DNA of 37,319 nucleotides from a virus (IMGVR_UViG_3300016265_000371:1-37319); one strand, 5' to 3'; shown: positions 8,099 through 20,424, counted from the stretch's first letter. Numbers and translations are program-made. The notes: generated by a model not told the origin, from the sequence alone.

Positions 8099-8359
8099 CT
8101 ACTTGGTTTTCGGTGCAGCCTTCTTGCGAACCGTAGAACTTTGCGGAATCTTTTCCACAGCCGCGAGACGTGCCTCGATGCGGTCGATTGCGTCACGCAA
8201 CGATGCGCCACCGTTGTTCGTCATGTTCGCCTCAACAAACGACACGGCCTTCTCGATGCGCTTACCCCATCTCACGACAGGATACACAACACCGCGCCAA
8301 ATGATTCCGAGGGCGGCTACCACACCGCCAGCTGTGATGATCCACTGGGCAACAGTCAT
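8099..8359 (-). CDS. Membrane protein, holin-like
   Basis: N-terminal TM, NGGASLRDAIDRIE coiled coil; in lysis region. Confidence 0.65.
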   Translation of the reverse strand: MTVAQWIITAGGVVAALGIIWRGVVYPVVRWGKRIEKAVSFVEANMTNNGGASLRDAIDRIEARLAAVEKIPQSSTVRKKAAPKTK

Positions 8360-8457
8360 GGTCTGTCCTTCACTTCAAGATATACGAGAGAAAAAAACAG
8401 GCATACAGAAAAGCAGATGCCAAAAAGAAAACTGCTTGCCAGGGCCGCATACCTCAT
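8356..8457 (-). CDS. 33-aa single-TM peptide
   Basis: Read manually: MRYAALASSFLFGICFSVCLFFSLVYLEVKDRP; ATGA overlaps on both sides. Confidence 0.55.
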   Translation of the reverse strand: MRYAALASSFLFGICFSVCLFFSLVYLEVKDRP

Positions 8458-8969
8458 GCCTGTCCGTGAATCTTTTTCCAGACAGCAGTGACCTTGCCCG
8501 GATCGTCAGCCATCGCTGGTGCCAGTTCGAAATGTAGCCAGCGTCCGCCCTGCGAACCGGCGTTGTCCTTCTCGTCGTAAATCTTCACGCCCGCATCGCC
8601 TTCGCCACGCGAGCAGCGATAGCCGCGACCCCAACCCTTTTCCTTGTCGGTCTTGTCCTCATCGAAGGCGTAGTCGTGGGCTTCCTCCAGCTGGAACAGA
8701 CGGGAGTTTTCCAGCATGATGTGCCACAGTTCCATCGCCTTCTTGCGGTCCTTGTACCCAAGATCGCAGGCCCTGCCCGTAGCGTGAACAGACAGCCATT
8801 TTGGGTCGCCCTTCTTCGCCTTCGGGTTGTTCATCGAACGGTTCACGAAACCACCCAGGTTCGTCAGGCCGTACTCCTTGATGGCAAGGTCCATGAACTT
8901 CTTCGTGCCGGGGCGCAGCCCGGTCCTGCTCAGACCGTCGCTGTTCCCTGTGTACTTACGTCCCGGCAT
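8454..8969 (-). CDS. Endolysin, peptidase M15-like
   Basis: SVHATGRACD (SxHxxGxAxD) and WLHFE Zn ligands; GGAGG RBS before ATG 8969. Confidence 0.8.
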   Translation of the reverse strand: MPGRKYTGNSDGLSRTGLRPGTKKFMDLAIKEYGLTNLGGFVNRSMNNPKAKKGDPKWLSVHATGRACDLGYKDRKKAMELWHIMLENSRLFQLEEAHDYAFDEDKTDKEKGWGRGYRCSRGEGDAGVKIYDEKDNAGSQGGRWLHFELAPAMADDPGKVTAVWKKIHGQA

Positions 8970-9330
8970 CGTCTTCCTCCTGTTGGCATTTGTCGCATAT
9001 CCACCCCGTAGGGTTCCCGTCATCATAGTCAAACGGTTCGCGGTCATCGCCGCCAAAGTCGTAGTCATCTGGGATTTCTTCCCAAGAACCGTATGTCTCC
9101 AATGCTTCTTCCAGACTGTTCAACACTACGCTGAGATACCCGGTGTTAGCGACCACCATCCCAATGTCCACCCCATCCCAAAACTCTAGAGTTTCAGCCT
9201 TGTACTGGATGTCGTCATGTTCGGGTCGGGCCTCGTCGTTCCAGTGGTGAACAATGTCCGCAAACTTGTCGTAGTCCTCCATCGCACGGCGATACGCCTC
9301 ACGTTGCGGGTCGGACATCCAATCAAACAC
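8956..9330 (-). CDS. Acidic hypothetical protein
   Basis: Coupled ORF with C-terminal CDKC. Confidence 0.65.
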   Translation of the reverse strand: MFDWMSDPQREAYRRAMEDYDKFADIVHHWNDEARPEHDDIQYKAETLEFWDGVDIGMVVANTGYLSVVLNSLEEALETYGSWEEIPDDYDFGGDDREPFDYDDGNPTGWICDKCQQEEDDAGT

Positions 9331-9332
9331 GG

Positions 9333-9503
9333 CTAGTCATCCATTCCGATCCCGAGAGCGATAGCTGCCAGCATGATCGCAAGGGTCACCCCGGACAGCA
9401 TCAACGCTTTCTGGAGGGTTTCCCCGGACAAGGTGATGAGAATGAACCCGGTGCCTGATGCCCACATCAGCAGTGCGTATATCGCTCCGAGATACTTCCT
9501 CAT
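9333..9503 (-). CDS. Small 2-TM membrane protein
   Basis: MRKYLGAIYALLMW...; two hydrophobic helices. Confidence 0.65.
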   Translation of the reverse strand: MRKYLGAIYALLMWASGTGFILITLSGETLQKALMLSGVTLAIMLAAIALGIGMDD

Positions 9504-9513
9504 AGGTGGCACA

Positions 9514-10581
9514 TTACCATCTGCGGGTCGCGCCGATAGCGGCGATGGTGGTGATGGTGGTGACAACAATCAGGGTGCGGCGTGTCCCCACGGGAATCGT
9601 TGAACCTAACGGGACGTAGGTGTCTGTCGCCCCGGAGAAGATGTCCACCTCGTTCTCGAACGCTTCACGCACCTCGGCAGGTGCGTCCTGCACGGCGGCA
9701 ACCAGCTCGATGATCTGGTCAGGGGTCAGGTCATCCACTTCGAGGGCGGCGAACACCGCTTCGGCCTCTGTGGCGGTCAGGGTGGCGACCTGTTCGGGGT
9801 TGGTGGCGATAGCAGCAGCTTGGGCTGGGGTGGGTTCTGGTGTGACCTCAACAGTCGTAGACGTTTGTTGTACGGTTGTTGTCGTTGTTGTAACCGGAAC
9901 CGTTGTGGAGGTCGAAGATGTGGTGGTGGAAGTTGAGGATGTCGTGGTGGTGGGAACGGCAACCGTTGTGGGTACGGGCGTGGTTGGTACGGTTTCCCGT
10001 ACCACGGTGGAAGGCACGGTCGTTGACTGTTGAACAGTTGTGGTCGTTGGTGGCAGTGTTGTCGTTGGCGGCAGGATTGTTGTTGTTGTTGTGGTAGTCG
10101 TTGACGTGCTGGTAGTGGAGGTCGTGGATGTCGAAGTGGTGGTGGTTGGAAGCACCGACGTTGTGGTTGGGGGCAGCGTGGTGCTTGTTGATATGGCTTC
10201 TGTGGAGGTAGACGGCAGGGCCGCACTGGTTTCCAGGTCATACTGAACACCCTGCCACCAGTAGTTCGGGTCCCCGCAACACACCCCAGCCCGCAGGCGG
10301 TACACACCCGGCTCCAGTTGAGCCTGAATGAACGACTGCAACCCGAACCAGTCATCGTTCGCGGTAATCAAATCGTTGTTCGCGTTGTACAACCACAGGT
10401 GCGGGTCCGAACCGATACCCTCAACATAATGGGTGCGGGCCGAAAACAAGGTTGGTTCCTCAAACGTGAACCAATAGTCCGTGTTGGCGGTAACCCTGAC
10501 GGTGTCAGCCGAAACCGATGATGACAGCAGGAACCCCAGCCCTGCCAGCAGTATGAGAACCCTAAAGAACCGGGTCTTCAA
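9514..10581 (-). CDS. Exported Thr-rich (mucin-like) membrane-anchored protein with PPC-like domain
   Basis: Signal peptide, DPHLWLYN...NDD...LEPGVYRL, long Thr/Ser/Pro stalk, C-terminal hydrophobic anchor. Confidence 0.8.
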   Translation of the reverse strand: MKTRFFRVLILLAGLGFLLSSSVSADTVRVTANTDYWFTFEEPTLFSARTHYVEGIGSDPHLWLYNANNDLITANDDWFGLQSFIQAQLEPGVYRLRAGVCCGDPNYWWQGVQYDLETSAALPSTSTEAISTSTTLPPTTTSVLPTTTTSTSTTSTTSTSTTTTTTTTILPPTTTLPPTTTTVQQSTTVPSTVVRETVPTTPVPTTVAVPTTTTSSTSTTTSSTSTTVPVTTTTTTVQQTSTTVEVTPEPTPAQAAAIATNPEQVATLTATEAEAVFAALEVDDLTPDQIIELVAAVQDAPAEVREAFENEVDIFSGATDTYVPLGSTIPVGTRRTLIVVTTITTIAAIGATRRW

Positions 10582-10882
10582 CTACAGGCTCGGCTGCGCC
10601 CTTCGCTTCGTTCACCGCCGCACGGGTTTCCTCCTTGACCCCGAAGATCGCGTCAACCTCGTGGGCTTCGACCTTGCCGTCAAGGGCGGCCTGTGCGAGC
10701 TTGCCGACAATGTTGACGACAGCCATGATGCCCGCCATAGATGCGGCGTACCAGAGGGGAACCTGGACGGTGGACTGGAGTTCGTTCATCGCAGCGGACG
10801 AGGTGACAGCACCGACAGCAGAAACGAGGAACAGTGCAACGATGCGCCCTGCGACATCCTTCATTACCTTCAGTGACATCAT
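10562..10882 (-). CDS. Holin-like membrane protein
   Basis: Two TM segments then DGKVEAHEVDAIF. Confidence 0.65.
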   Translation of the reverse strand: MMSLKVMKDVAGRIVALFLVSAVGAVTSSAAMNELQSTVQVPLWYAASMAGIMAVVNIVGKLAQAALDGKVEAHEVDAIFGVKEETRAAVNEAKGAAEPVVEDPVL

Positions 10883-10905
10883 GGGGGTTCCTCTGTTCTC
10901 CCCTG

Positions 10906-12021
10906 TCAGTCGTGCTTGATGATGTAATTTACCACAAGGTACGGCTGGTAATAGGCGGTGCCTGACCCCGAACCGTTGCCCGAGTTGCCGGTGAAGTTCG
11001 GCAAGTCAACGGTGTGGGTGTGGGACACGTCATGGTTGCCGACCGTGACGGTGCTTGTTCCGACACTTGTTCCCCCCACAGGGCTTGTTGCCAAAGTTCC
11101 GCTAGAGAGTTCATGGTCGTGGCTGCCGACATAACCGTAGGTGGTGACTGTGCTGGCGGAGTGCGTCAGCGTGGCGTTTGCGGACATGCCACCAGATGTG
11201 ACAGAACCGTGGTCATGGTCAATGGTGTGGGTGTGCGACGGAAGGTTCGCCTCTGCGATCGTTGCCGAACCGCCCGTACCGAGCAGGGTCAGGGAGGCGT
11301 TGTCGCCAATCGGGAAACGGCCCCGCAGGTCGGGGGTTGTGGACCCGACAATCGCAGCAAGGGCTGCGTAACCAGTCGTGGATGTACCGTCACACAGAAG
11401 CCAGCCGGTTGGGGCGGACGCACCACCGTACATGGCGATAGTGCCGACAGGAACCAGCGCGTTCGCAACAGCAGAAGCCAACTTCGCCAACGTGATAGTC
11501 GAGTCAGCAATGTCGCCAGCAACAATCGTGCCGTCAGCAATCTTCGCGGACGTGACAGCCGAATCAGCAATACCAGCCGTCGCCACCTGCCCCCACTCCG
11601 GGGCGGTCGCACCAGAGTTCACCTTCAACACCTGACCAGCCGTACCGATAGCCAACTGTGCGAACGTCGAAGCCCCCTGATACACGATGCCACCCTGGTT
11701 CGCATACGTCGAAGTCAGCTCGTTCGCCTCGTCCGCATCCACCGCAGTGAACACCGGGTAGATACTGCACCCCGCCGCATGGGTTTGATCAGTGGTGTCA
11801 TCCACACCTCGCGTCAAAGACGAAATGGTCGTACCCGAAATTGAGCCGACCAGAATCTTTTCCTCAGATGACAGACCGGGGTCAACAACCACATAGAACG
11901 GACCCGAGGTGGGCCACCCTGTTGCCGACCCGATGACACACGACGATGCGCCAGCCGCCAACCCTGCGGGGATGGTGGTGGCTGTGGCGTTGCCCTTGTA
12001 CTTTCTGCGTGTCTTCGGCAT
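10906..12021 (-). CDS. Tail fibre protein with tail-collar domain
   Basis: PVGTIAMYGG...PTGWLLCDG...PDLRGRF, HTH repeats, QPYLVVNYIIK. Confidence 0.88.
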   Translation of the reverse strand: MPKTRRKYKGNATATTIPAGLAAGASSCVIGSATGWPTSGPFYVVVDPGLSSEEKILVGSISGTTISSLTRGVDDTTDQTHAAGCSIYPVFTAVDADEANELTSTYANQGGIVYQGASTFAQLAIGTAGQVLKVNSGATAPEWGQVATAGIADSAVTSAKIADGTIVAGDIADSTITLAKLASAVANALVPVGTIAMYGGASAPTGWLLCDGTSTTGYAALAAIVGSTTPDLRGRFPIGDNASLTLLGTGGSATIAEANLPSHTHTIDHDHGSVTSGGMSANATLTHSASTVTTYGYVGSHDHELSSGTLATSPVGGTSVGTSTVTVGNHDVSHTHTVDLPNFTGNSGNGSGSGTAYYQPYLVVNYIIKHD

Positions 12022-12029
12022 GATGTCTC

Positions 12030-13871
12030 CTATTCAGTGACCGTTCGCATGATAACAGTCGCGGTCCCTTCCCAAAGCCAGTCATCGGTGGAGGTGTCCA
12101 AAGCCTGCCATTCAATGTCTTCCACGATTACCGAGTAGGTGTCGCCTTTTTCTTGGTACGAAACGATGCGAGGGTTGGTGACCAGGTTGTCGAGCAGGTC
12201 CCGTTCTGCTTCGACATCCATGAAATAATCCTTGTTGCCTGCCCGCAGAACCGAATGAAGGAGGACGGGGACGGAAATGAGGCGGGACCGGGCGGGGGCT
12301 GCGTAGGCGCGGGACATCCAACGGGTGAACGTGGGGCCTGTGGTGGCTGTAGCACGGGTCAAGGTGAGACGGTAGCCAGCGTCTATGAACTTGTTTTCGG
12401 GGGCGAGGAAGGTGTGTTCGGTGTCGCCCGCATCGCTGTGGGTGCCGATGGAGGTGTATGCACCGTTGTCTGTGGACACCTCAGCCGAGATGGACCCGAC
12501 GAGTGGTTCCACACGGATATCAAACCGGGGGGCAAACTTGCGGTCTGGGATGCCCCACTGGTAGCGACCCGTTTCCACAGTCCCGGACGAGACAAGGTTT
12601 GCGGAATCTTCTGCGATCACGCCGACACCTGACACCACGAAACAATGCTTGTCGTCAAACGTGACAACATTCAGCACGTCAGCAGTTGAACTGTACATGA
12701 GGTCTGTTGAGAAAGCCGGTGTGTTCGCAGCTGTGAAGTTGGAGAAATCAAGTCGGCCCAACCCGCCAGAAACACCGTCATAGTTCGACCAAGTGAACCA
12801 AGAGAACCTGTCCAGTGAACTGAACTTCTTGACCTCACCAGAAGTCGGGATGATTGCTCCCGCCACAAGGTTGTTGCTGGAATCCGTTGAACAGTAACGG
12901 ACACCTTTGTTGCTGCCCAACAGAATCGCCCCAAGATACCCAGAGATGGCTGACACAATCTCGGTGGTCGGCAACTCCAACGCGACAACACCCTTGTCCA
13001 AAGTACCGTCAGCCTTTATGGTCACCTTGTACACCAACGACTTCTTGTTGGAATACCCCGCCGCATACACCGCGTTCTGACCGGTGGCAACCCCAACCCA
13101 TTTGAACGTGGTGTCGAACGGGGTGACAATCAGCGACTTGCTTCCCGATGCGTCAATCAGATGCAGTTCATGGTCATGCGCCCCGAACATGAAACCCTTA
13201 GCAAACCCGAGCATGTAGAAATTGTCGGTCGTGTTGATGAACTTCGTGCCGCTGATAGCAGAAACCGATGTCGCAGGATCAAGGACACGGATACCGTCGT
13301 TCGCGAACCCGAAAAAAATCTTGTTCCCGTTCGTCGCCATCGCATTGCAGGTGCCACCCGGTTCCCCCGTGCAGTCAGACCAGGTGGGGCTGGACGCATA
13401 CGGGTCGGTGGTGTACTTCACATCCCCGTTCAACGACACATACACCCTGCCATCCTGAACAACCATGTTCGAGGTTGTAGCCGCTGACGCAAGCGACACC
13501 TTCGTTGCGTTCATCAACGTGAGCTGGCCCTTCGTCCACGGGTTTATCCCCTTGGACTTGTAAAACCTGTAATCCTGCGACCCTGCCACATCAGCGTATT
13601 TCTGTCCCGCCCCGAAATGCCAAGAGTTCTGACCCCTGCGCCACAACCCCTGCGGACTGATAGCAGCCTCCCCCGGTGCGGTAGACGTGTCCTGAGAATC
13701 ACGGACACGCGCATCAAACTGGCGGGTGAAACGCCCCGAACGCGAATCAACAAGATACGGGCGACCGTTGATTGCCACAGGAAAAACATCAGGGACAAGC
13801 GCAGTCGTGCCAGTCCCCGTATAAAACGATGGGCCACCCGTGAACGCGGTGCTGAAATCAATCAGTCCCAC
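12030..13871 (-). CDS. Tail nozzle/tubular protein (beta-rich)
   Basis: 613 aa beta-rich protein downstream of the adaptor-like gene; positional inference. Confidence 0.6.
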   Translation of the reverse strand: MGLIDFSTAFTGGPSFYTGTGTTALVPDVFPVAINGRPYLVDSRSGRFTRQFDARVRDSQDTSTAPGEAAISPQGLWRRGQNSWHFGAGQKYADVAGSQDYRFYKSKGINPWTKGQLTLMNATKVSLASAATTSNMVVQDGRVYVSLNGDVKYTTDPYASSPTWSDCTGEPGGTCNAMATNGNKIFFGFANDGIRVLDPATSVSAISGTKFINTTDNFYMLGFAKGFMFGAHDHELHLIDASGSKSLIVTPFDTTFKWVGVATGQNAVYAAGYSNKKSLVYKVTIKADGTLDKGVVALELPTTEIVSAISGYLGAILLGSNKGVRYCSTDSSNNLVAGAIIPTSGEVKKFSSLDRFSWFTWSNYDGVSGGLGRLDFSNFTAANTPAFSTDLMYSSTADVLNVVTFDDKHCFVVSGVGVIAEDSANLVSSGTVETGRYQWGIPDRKFAPRFDIRVEPLVGSISAEVSTDNGAYTSIGTHSDAGDTEHTFLAPENKFIDAGYRLTLTRATATTGPTFTRWMSRAYAAPARSRLISVPVLLHSVLRAGNKDYFMDVEAERDLLDNLVTNPRIVSYQEKGDTYSVIVEDIEWQALDTSTDDWLWEGTATVIMRTVTE

Positions 13872-13875
13872 CGGG

Positions 13876-14763
13876 TTAGTTCCTCGTCAGGAAAGTGGGG
13901 TACTGCCGTGCGAGCCGTGCCGCCTCCGCAGTAATCCTGTCCCTTCGAAGCCTTATCAGGTTTTGGACGCTGCCAGCCACCGAACCAGACGCAACTTCCT
14001 CAGCTCGGCGGGTGTCACCCTGCGATTCGGTGAAGTTCCTTTTCAGTTCACGGGGCGACATGACCCGTATCTGGACACCCAAATTGATGATGTCCTCACA
14101 GGATGTCGGCAGACCGGCATATGAAAACAGGTTCTGGCCTTCGCTTGTCAGCTGTGCGAACGGAGCTTTGTAGACGATACGGAGCCTGCCCTGCTCACAG
14201 TCCTGCTCGAAACGGATGGCGTACCCACTGGAAAAATCGTCGGTGGGCATGTCCCGAACCAGTTTGATACGGCGAATCTGACGGTACTCGTCGCTTTTGA
14301 TGCGGACATGGACAGACACCACATCAATGATGTCGCTGATGGACGGCAGGTTGATGAACTCGTCTGACCCGTTGTAATCCTGGTCAAACGATTTCACTTG
14401 GAACAGGCCGTGCATCGGGGATGACAGGTCGGCAAGTTCGTCGTTGACAGCTTCAAGAATCTGGGCGCGGGGGAACCTCGGGTTGACAGTGATGAGAGCG
14501 TTTGCAGAGTGGGCGGCGGCTGTGGTGCCGTTGAATCCGCGTTCCACTGTCAACGTCTTTGATCCTGCGGCAGACGACCAGACATAGAACATTTCGCTGT
14601 CTATCTCGAACACCGAACCGGGGCGTAGACCGTCAAGGTCGTACAGGGCTACAACGCTTGTGGTGGTGGCGTTGATGCTTGCCGACAACTTGTTCTTCTG
14701 TTCAACGGTTCCTGAGAGCAGTTGTCTCAGGGTCCTGTTGATGACGGTCGTACCAGTGGACAT
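13876..14763 (-). CDS. Head-tail adaptor-like protein
   Basis: IDSE...TLTVERGFNGTTAAAH motif; position. Confidence 0.6.
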   Translation of the reverse strand: MSTGTTVINRTLRQLLSGTVEQKNKLSASINATTTSVVALYDLDGLRPGSVFEIDSEMFYVWSSAAGSKTLTVERGFNGTTAAAHSANALITVNPRFPRAQILEAVNDELADLSSPMHGLFQVKSFDQDYNGSDEFINLPSISDIIDVVSVHVRIKSDEYRQIRRIKLVRDMPTDDFSSGYAIRFEQDCEQGRLRIVYKAPFAQLTSEGQNLFSYAGLPTSCEDIINLGVQIRVMSPRELKRNFTESQGDTRRAEEVASGSVAGSVQNLIRLRRDRITAEAARLARQYPTFLTRN

Positions 14764-14925
14764 TTACTTCTTCTTGGCCTTCTTCTTCTTTGCCATACCA
14801 GCCTCAGACATGGCGATAGCGACAGCCTGCTTACGGGACTTCACAACGGGGCCACCCTTGCCGGAGTGGAGGGTGCCGCCCTTGTATTCGCGCATCACCT
14901 TCGCGACCTTCTTGGAGCCTTTCAC
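14764..14925 (-). CDS. Small basic protein, DUF6496-like (53 aa)
   Basis: Read manually: KVAKVMREYKGGTLHSGKGGPVVKSRKQAVAIAMSEAG. Confidence 0.8.
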   Translation of the reverse strand: MKGSKKVAKVMREYKGGTLHSGKGGPVVKSRKQAVAIAMSEAGMAKKKKAKKK

Positions 14926-15053
14926 TTCTTCTTCGCCTTCTTCGAGCCAGCCTTCTTCTTGCCGTACTCCATCATGCGTTCCTTGCCGCCCTCCATCTTT
15001 TCGTGCTTCATCTTCGCACCCTTGGACTTGTACTTCTCACCCTTAGCAGACAT
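14922..15053 (-). CDS. Small Lys-rich protein (43 aa)
   Basis: Read manually: MSAKGEKYKSKGAKMKHEK...; AAGGAGG RBS, TATAGT upstream. Confidence 0.75.
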   Translation of the reverse strand: MSAKGEKYKSKGAKMKHEKMEGGKERMMEYGKKKAGSKKAKKK

Positions 15054-15082
15054 GGTTCCTCCTTTGGACGGGGTTACCCTGA

Positions 15083-16117
15083 CTATACCCCATACCACAC
15101 CAGGTTCGCCTTCAGGCGGTCATCGGTGGGGTTCAGCAGGGCTGCCTGCTCACCATGTATTCGGGCCTCATGGAGATGCCCCATATGCCAGCAGGCAACA
15201 GCCATCAGATCATACGGGAGCCACCCCCAGCTGTCTGCCTCGCACAGATAGTCCAACGGTTTGTCGATGATGCAGAGGGCGGCGTTTGCGTACTGGTAGC
15301 AAGCCTGCCAGTTGTGTTCATCGTGGTAATGCTTCGCTAACGCGACGAGGGTTTCCCTCCGGCATGGGTCTACCTGCAACGCCCGGTACAGGTTCGTCAC
15401 GTTGCGGTTCATGTTGTACAACATTCTGTACGCGGCAGCTATCTCTGGGGGCCATTTCGATAGGAGGGTTGCCATCACCAGATGACGGGTCGCGTCCGTG
15501 TGGTCGCCGTGATAGAAGTATTCCCTGCCGAGATAGAACTGGTTGCGATCATCGTAGGGTTCTTCTTTGACTGCCAGTTTCAGCAGGTCAAAGTATTGCC
15601 CTCGCGATTTGGTGGGGTCTGGGTGGTGGTGGATTTCTAGGCCAGTAACCCAGTGTTGCTGTTCCAGTATGTCCACGGGTTGAAGAATCTCATGTACGGC
15701 GTGTTTCCATCGGTAGCCGTGGCGGGCGTGGATTTTGTCGCCTCCGTACACCAACCCTTCTGTGCCGTCGTTATTCCATGACCAAACGTATTTGTAGCGG
15801 GGGCGGGTGGTGTTGGCGGGGATGGTTTCGAGGGCTTGCCGCCAGCCGGGGGTCAGTATTTCGTCCATGTCTAGGGCGATACAAAGGTCTATGTCGTCGG
15901 GCAGTAGTGACAGGGCGTGGTTGCGGGCTACGTCAAACCGCCACGGATCAAACACTTGTGTCGCATGTGTCACTCCGTAGATACCAGCCGTTGTTGTGGT
16001 GTGATCGGTTGAGCCGGTATCTAGGATCAGCCGGTAGTCAGCTTCTTGGGTGCTGTCAGCCCAGCGTCGGATGTGGTGCGCCTCGTTCTTGGCGATTGTG
16101 TAGACCGCAATTTTCAT
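15083..16117 (-). CDS. Glycosyltransferase family 2 with TPR-like C-terminus
   Basis: IAKNE, LDTGSTD, FDVARN, LDMDE, VHE; helical repeats. Confidence 0.9.
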   Translation of the reverse strand: MKIAVYTIAKNEAHHIRRWADSTQEADYRLILDTGSTDHTTTTAGIYGVTHATQVFDPWRFDVARNHALSLLPDDIDLCIALDMDEILTPGWRQALETIPANTTRPRYKYVWSWNNDGTEGLVYGGDKIHARHGYRWKHAVHEILQPVDILEQQHWVTGLEIHHHPDPTKSRGQYFDLLKLAVKEEPYDDRNQFYLGREYFYHGDHTDATRHLVMATLLSKWPPEIAAAYRMLYNMNRNVTNLYRALQVDPCRRETLVALAKHYHDEHNWQACYQYANAALCIIDKPLDYLCEADSWGWLPYDLMAVACWHMGHLHEARIHGEQAALLNPTDDRLKANLVWYGV

Positions 16118-16135
16118 GTCCCCTCCTACGGGTTA

Positions 16136-18384
<2,249 letters not shown>

Positions 18385-18388
18385 AGCC

Positions 18389-18637
18389 CTACCACTTTAC
18401 CTTATTTGCCCAGTACGCCGCCGACATCTTGCCCTTAGCGATGTTCTTCGCGTGGCGAGCCTTGAACGCCTTGTTGCGGGCCGTCCCCTCCGGCGACCCC
18501 TGAACCCCCTGTTGACCGAAACGAATCAGCTTCACCTTGTCGCCTTCTTTGGCGAGAACAGCGTGGGACTTTGCGGCGTTGGGGGTTCTTTTCGGTTTGT
18601 TGTAGCCAGCGAACTTTTCGCCCCGATACTCGATCAT
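18389..18637 (-). CDS. Small basic phage protein
   Basis: KVKLIRFGQQG...FKARHAKN...AAYWANKVKW; ATGA overlap. Confidence 0.8.
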   Translation of the reverse strand: MIEYRGEKFAGYNKPKRTPNAAKSHAVLAKEGDKVKLIRFGQQGVQGSPEGTARNKAFKARHAKNIAKGKMSAAYWANKVKW

Positions 18638-18792
18638 TGCTTCGCCGCCCACGCATTGTCAACAAGGTTCGGGTAGGTGCGACCAGCCTTCTTGGCGCGG
18701 GCCTGAGCCATCCGCTTCTGTTCCGCCGTCAACGGGCTGGACTTCTTCTTCGGGTTTTTCGTGTCCCAAAACGGTGTCTGCTTCTTCTTCAC
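18634..18792 (-). CDS. Small basic protein (52 aa)
   Basis: Read manually: MKKKQTPFWDTKNP...AKKAGRTYPNLVDNAWAAKQ; overlaps on both sides. Confidence 0.75.
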   Translation of the reverse strand: MKKKQTPFWDTKNPKKKSSPLTAEQKRMAQARAKKAGRTYPNLVDNAWAAKQ

Positions 18793-19880
18793 TGATCCTC
18801 CAAGGCATCCGCATCTGATAGTACCTGAAACACGCCCTCAGGGACACGATACGTTGTGCCTGGGACAAGCCGATAGTTGTGTTTCCCGATGTCGGCGTTG
18901 ACACGGCGTTTCACCCTGATGTCCACCTCCACGTTCGGGGTGACCCACTCAGGGTCGTCCAGCAGGTTCCCGGTCGGGACAGCCTGCAACAACTGTTTCA
19001 CGGCTTTGCTCCATGTCCAGTTCGAGGTGTATGCCGCCTGTTTGCGGGCCACCACATTGTTGCGTTCCCGGTTGCGGTATGCGTCCAGCATCGCATCCAT
19101 AACTTCCCCCAAATCAGGTTCGTCCCACATCCCCACCGTGTCAGCTCGGGATTTGGCGCAGGAGATTTGGTAGGTCGCCAACCCTGCGAACTGGGTTTGC
19201 CCAGTCGTCAACGACACAATGTTAGGTACACCTAACGCAATGGCTTGGAGGGGCATCAACCCAAACCCCTCACCCCGGCTGACCGCCACATAACAATCCG
19301 CCTCGTTGAACCACTCCACCTGTTGATCCAACGTCATCCACTGTCGATGCAGGAAAATGTTCTTCCCCAACGGTTTCGTCGGGGTGTCACGCGCATGAGG
19401 GGCCGCTTTGATGTGCAGCTCCGCGTTATGTAACTTCAAACGGTTGAACGCTTCAACAACAATGTCCAGCCCTTTGCGTCGCCACAACGACCCGCCAGCC
19501 GCAAACCTGAACACCTCACCACTGGGCCGTTCCCGAGGAAACCACACCTTCCGGTCAACCCCCAACGGCACCACCCGCACATCCCCACAAACCCGACCAA
19601 ACAACTCGGCATTATGGTCACATGGGACAAGCACCTGATCATACTGACCCAACCAGTTACGAAAATCCGCAGGCAACACATCGGTTTCCCACATCGAAAA
19701 CAACACCCGATGCTGCCCCTCAAACCAACCCTTGTACACGTTCGGCACCGACATATGAACATTGACCGAACCCTTAGGGTCCAGCGTCACAGTCTTCGGT
19801 AACGCCCCACGAAACCCGTGGCTCATTGAACCGTACCCGAACCTGGGGTCGTCAAACCCCGTCCACGACTGGAAGTTCAC
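18789..19880 (-). CDS. Glycosyltransferase family 4 (GT-B)
   Basis: MWET, VPLGVD, RKGLD, SRGEGFGLMPLQA. Confidence 0.9.
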   Translation of the reverse strand: MNFQSWTGFDDPRFGYGSMSHGFRGALPKTVTLDPKGSVNVHMSVPNVYKGWFEGQHRVLFSMWETDVLPADFRNWLGQYDQVLVPCDHNAELFGRVCGDVRVVPLGVDRKVWFPRERPSGEVFRFAAGGSLWRRKGLDIVVEAFNRLKLHNAELHIKAAPHARDTPTKPLGKNIFLHRQWMTLDQQVEWFNEADCYVAVSRGEGFGLMPLQAIALGVPNIVSLTTGQTQFAGLATYQISCAKSRADTVGMWDEPDLGEVMDAMLDAYRNRERNNVVARKQAAYTSNWTWSKAVKQLLQAVPTGNLLDDPEWVTPNVEVDIRVKRRVNADIGKHNYRLVPGTTYRVPEGVFQVLSDADALEDQ

Positions 19881-20176
19881 TCCGCAACACCACGCGCAAC
19901 CAAACGCTCAACATCCGGTCGCCCCTCCACCTGTGCCACAGTCTCGGCCCTCGCCTCCAGTGCTGCCGCCCCGTCAATCCCGCGAGGCTGCAAACCGTTC
20001 TGACGCAACCGCTTATAAGCAGGCATGTCCTTATCCCAATTCTTTGCTGTCCGGTTCGTCGCCGCAACCTGCGCCCCACGGGTCGTCGTCGAATTAGCCC
20101 CGAAAGAAATCCCGGCAACCCGACACCCGAAGCACCCTTCCACATCCAGCGACGGATGCGTCTCTGCGTGTTTCAC
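19877..20176 (-). CDS. Hypothetical protein
   Basis: H...H...CFGC; WDKDMPAYKRLR; coupled. Confidence 0.75.
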   Translation of the reverse strand: MKHAETHPSLDVEGCFGCRVAGISFGANSTTTRGAQVAATNRTAKNWDKDMPAYKRLRQNGLQPRGIDGAAALEARAETVAQVEGRPDVERLVARGVAE

Positions 20177-20424
20177 GTTATGTAATCCTCGTATCCAGCT
20201 TCAATAAGGTCCGCTTCCTCAGCGGCAGTCAACTCATGGATATGGCCCCCATGATAAATCTTCTCAACCGCGGACATGTCCCCCGGCTGGTTCTCTGTGA
20301 ACGATCCATCTGTCAACTTGTACACGTTCCTGCCCCTCGGGAAGTTCTTCAAATACCTGAAGATTCCTTCCGTGCCGTCATCCCACGACACATACAAATC
20401 TGTCGGAGGACGAAACGTAGCCAT
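20173..20424 (-). CDS. Hypothetical (probable virion) protein
   Basis: YHGGHIH...EEADLIEAGY; apparently leaderless. Confidence 0.75.
   Translation of the reverse strand: MATFRPPTDLYVSWDDGTEGIFRYLKNFPRGRNVYKLTDGSFTENQPGDMSAVEKIYHGGHIHELTAAEEADLIEAGYEDYIT

Noticed and set aside
9850-10210. Possible CRISPR or tandem array
   Set aside because: Low-complexity Thr codons inside a gene; no repeat-spacer structure
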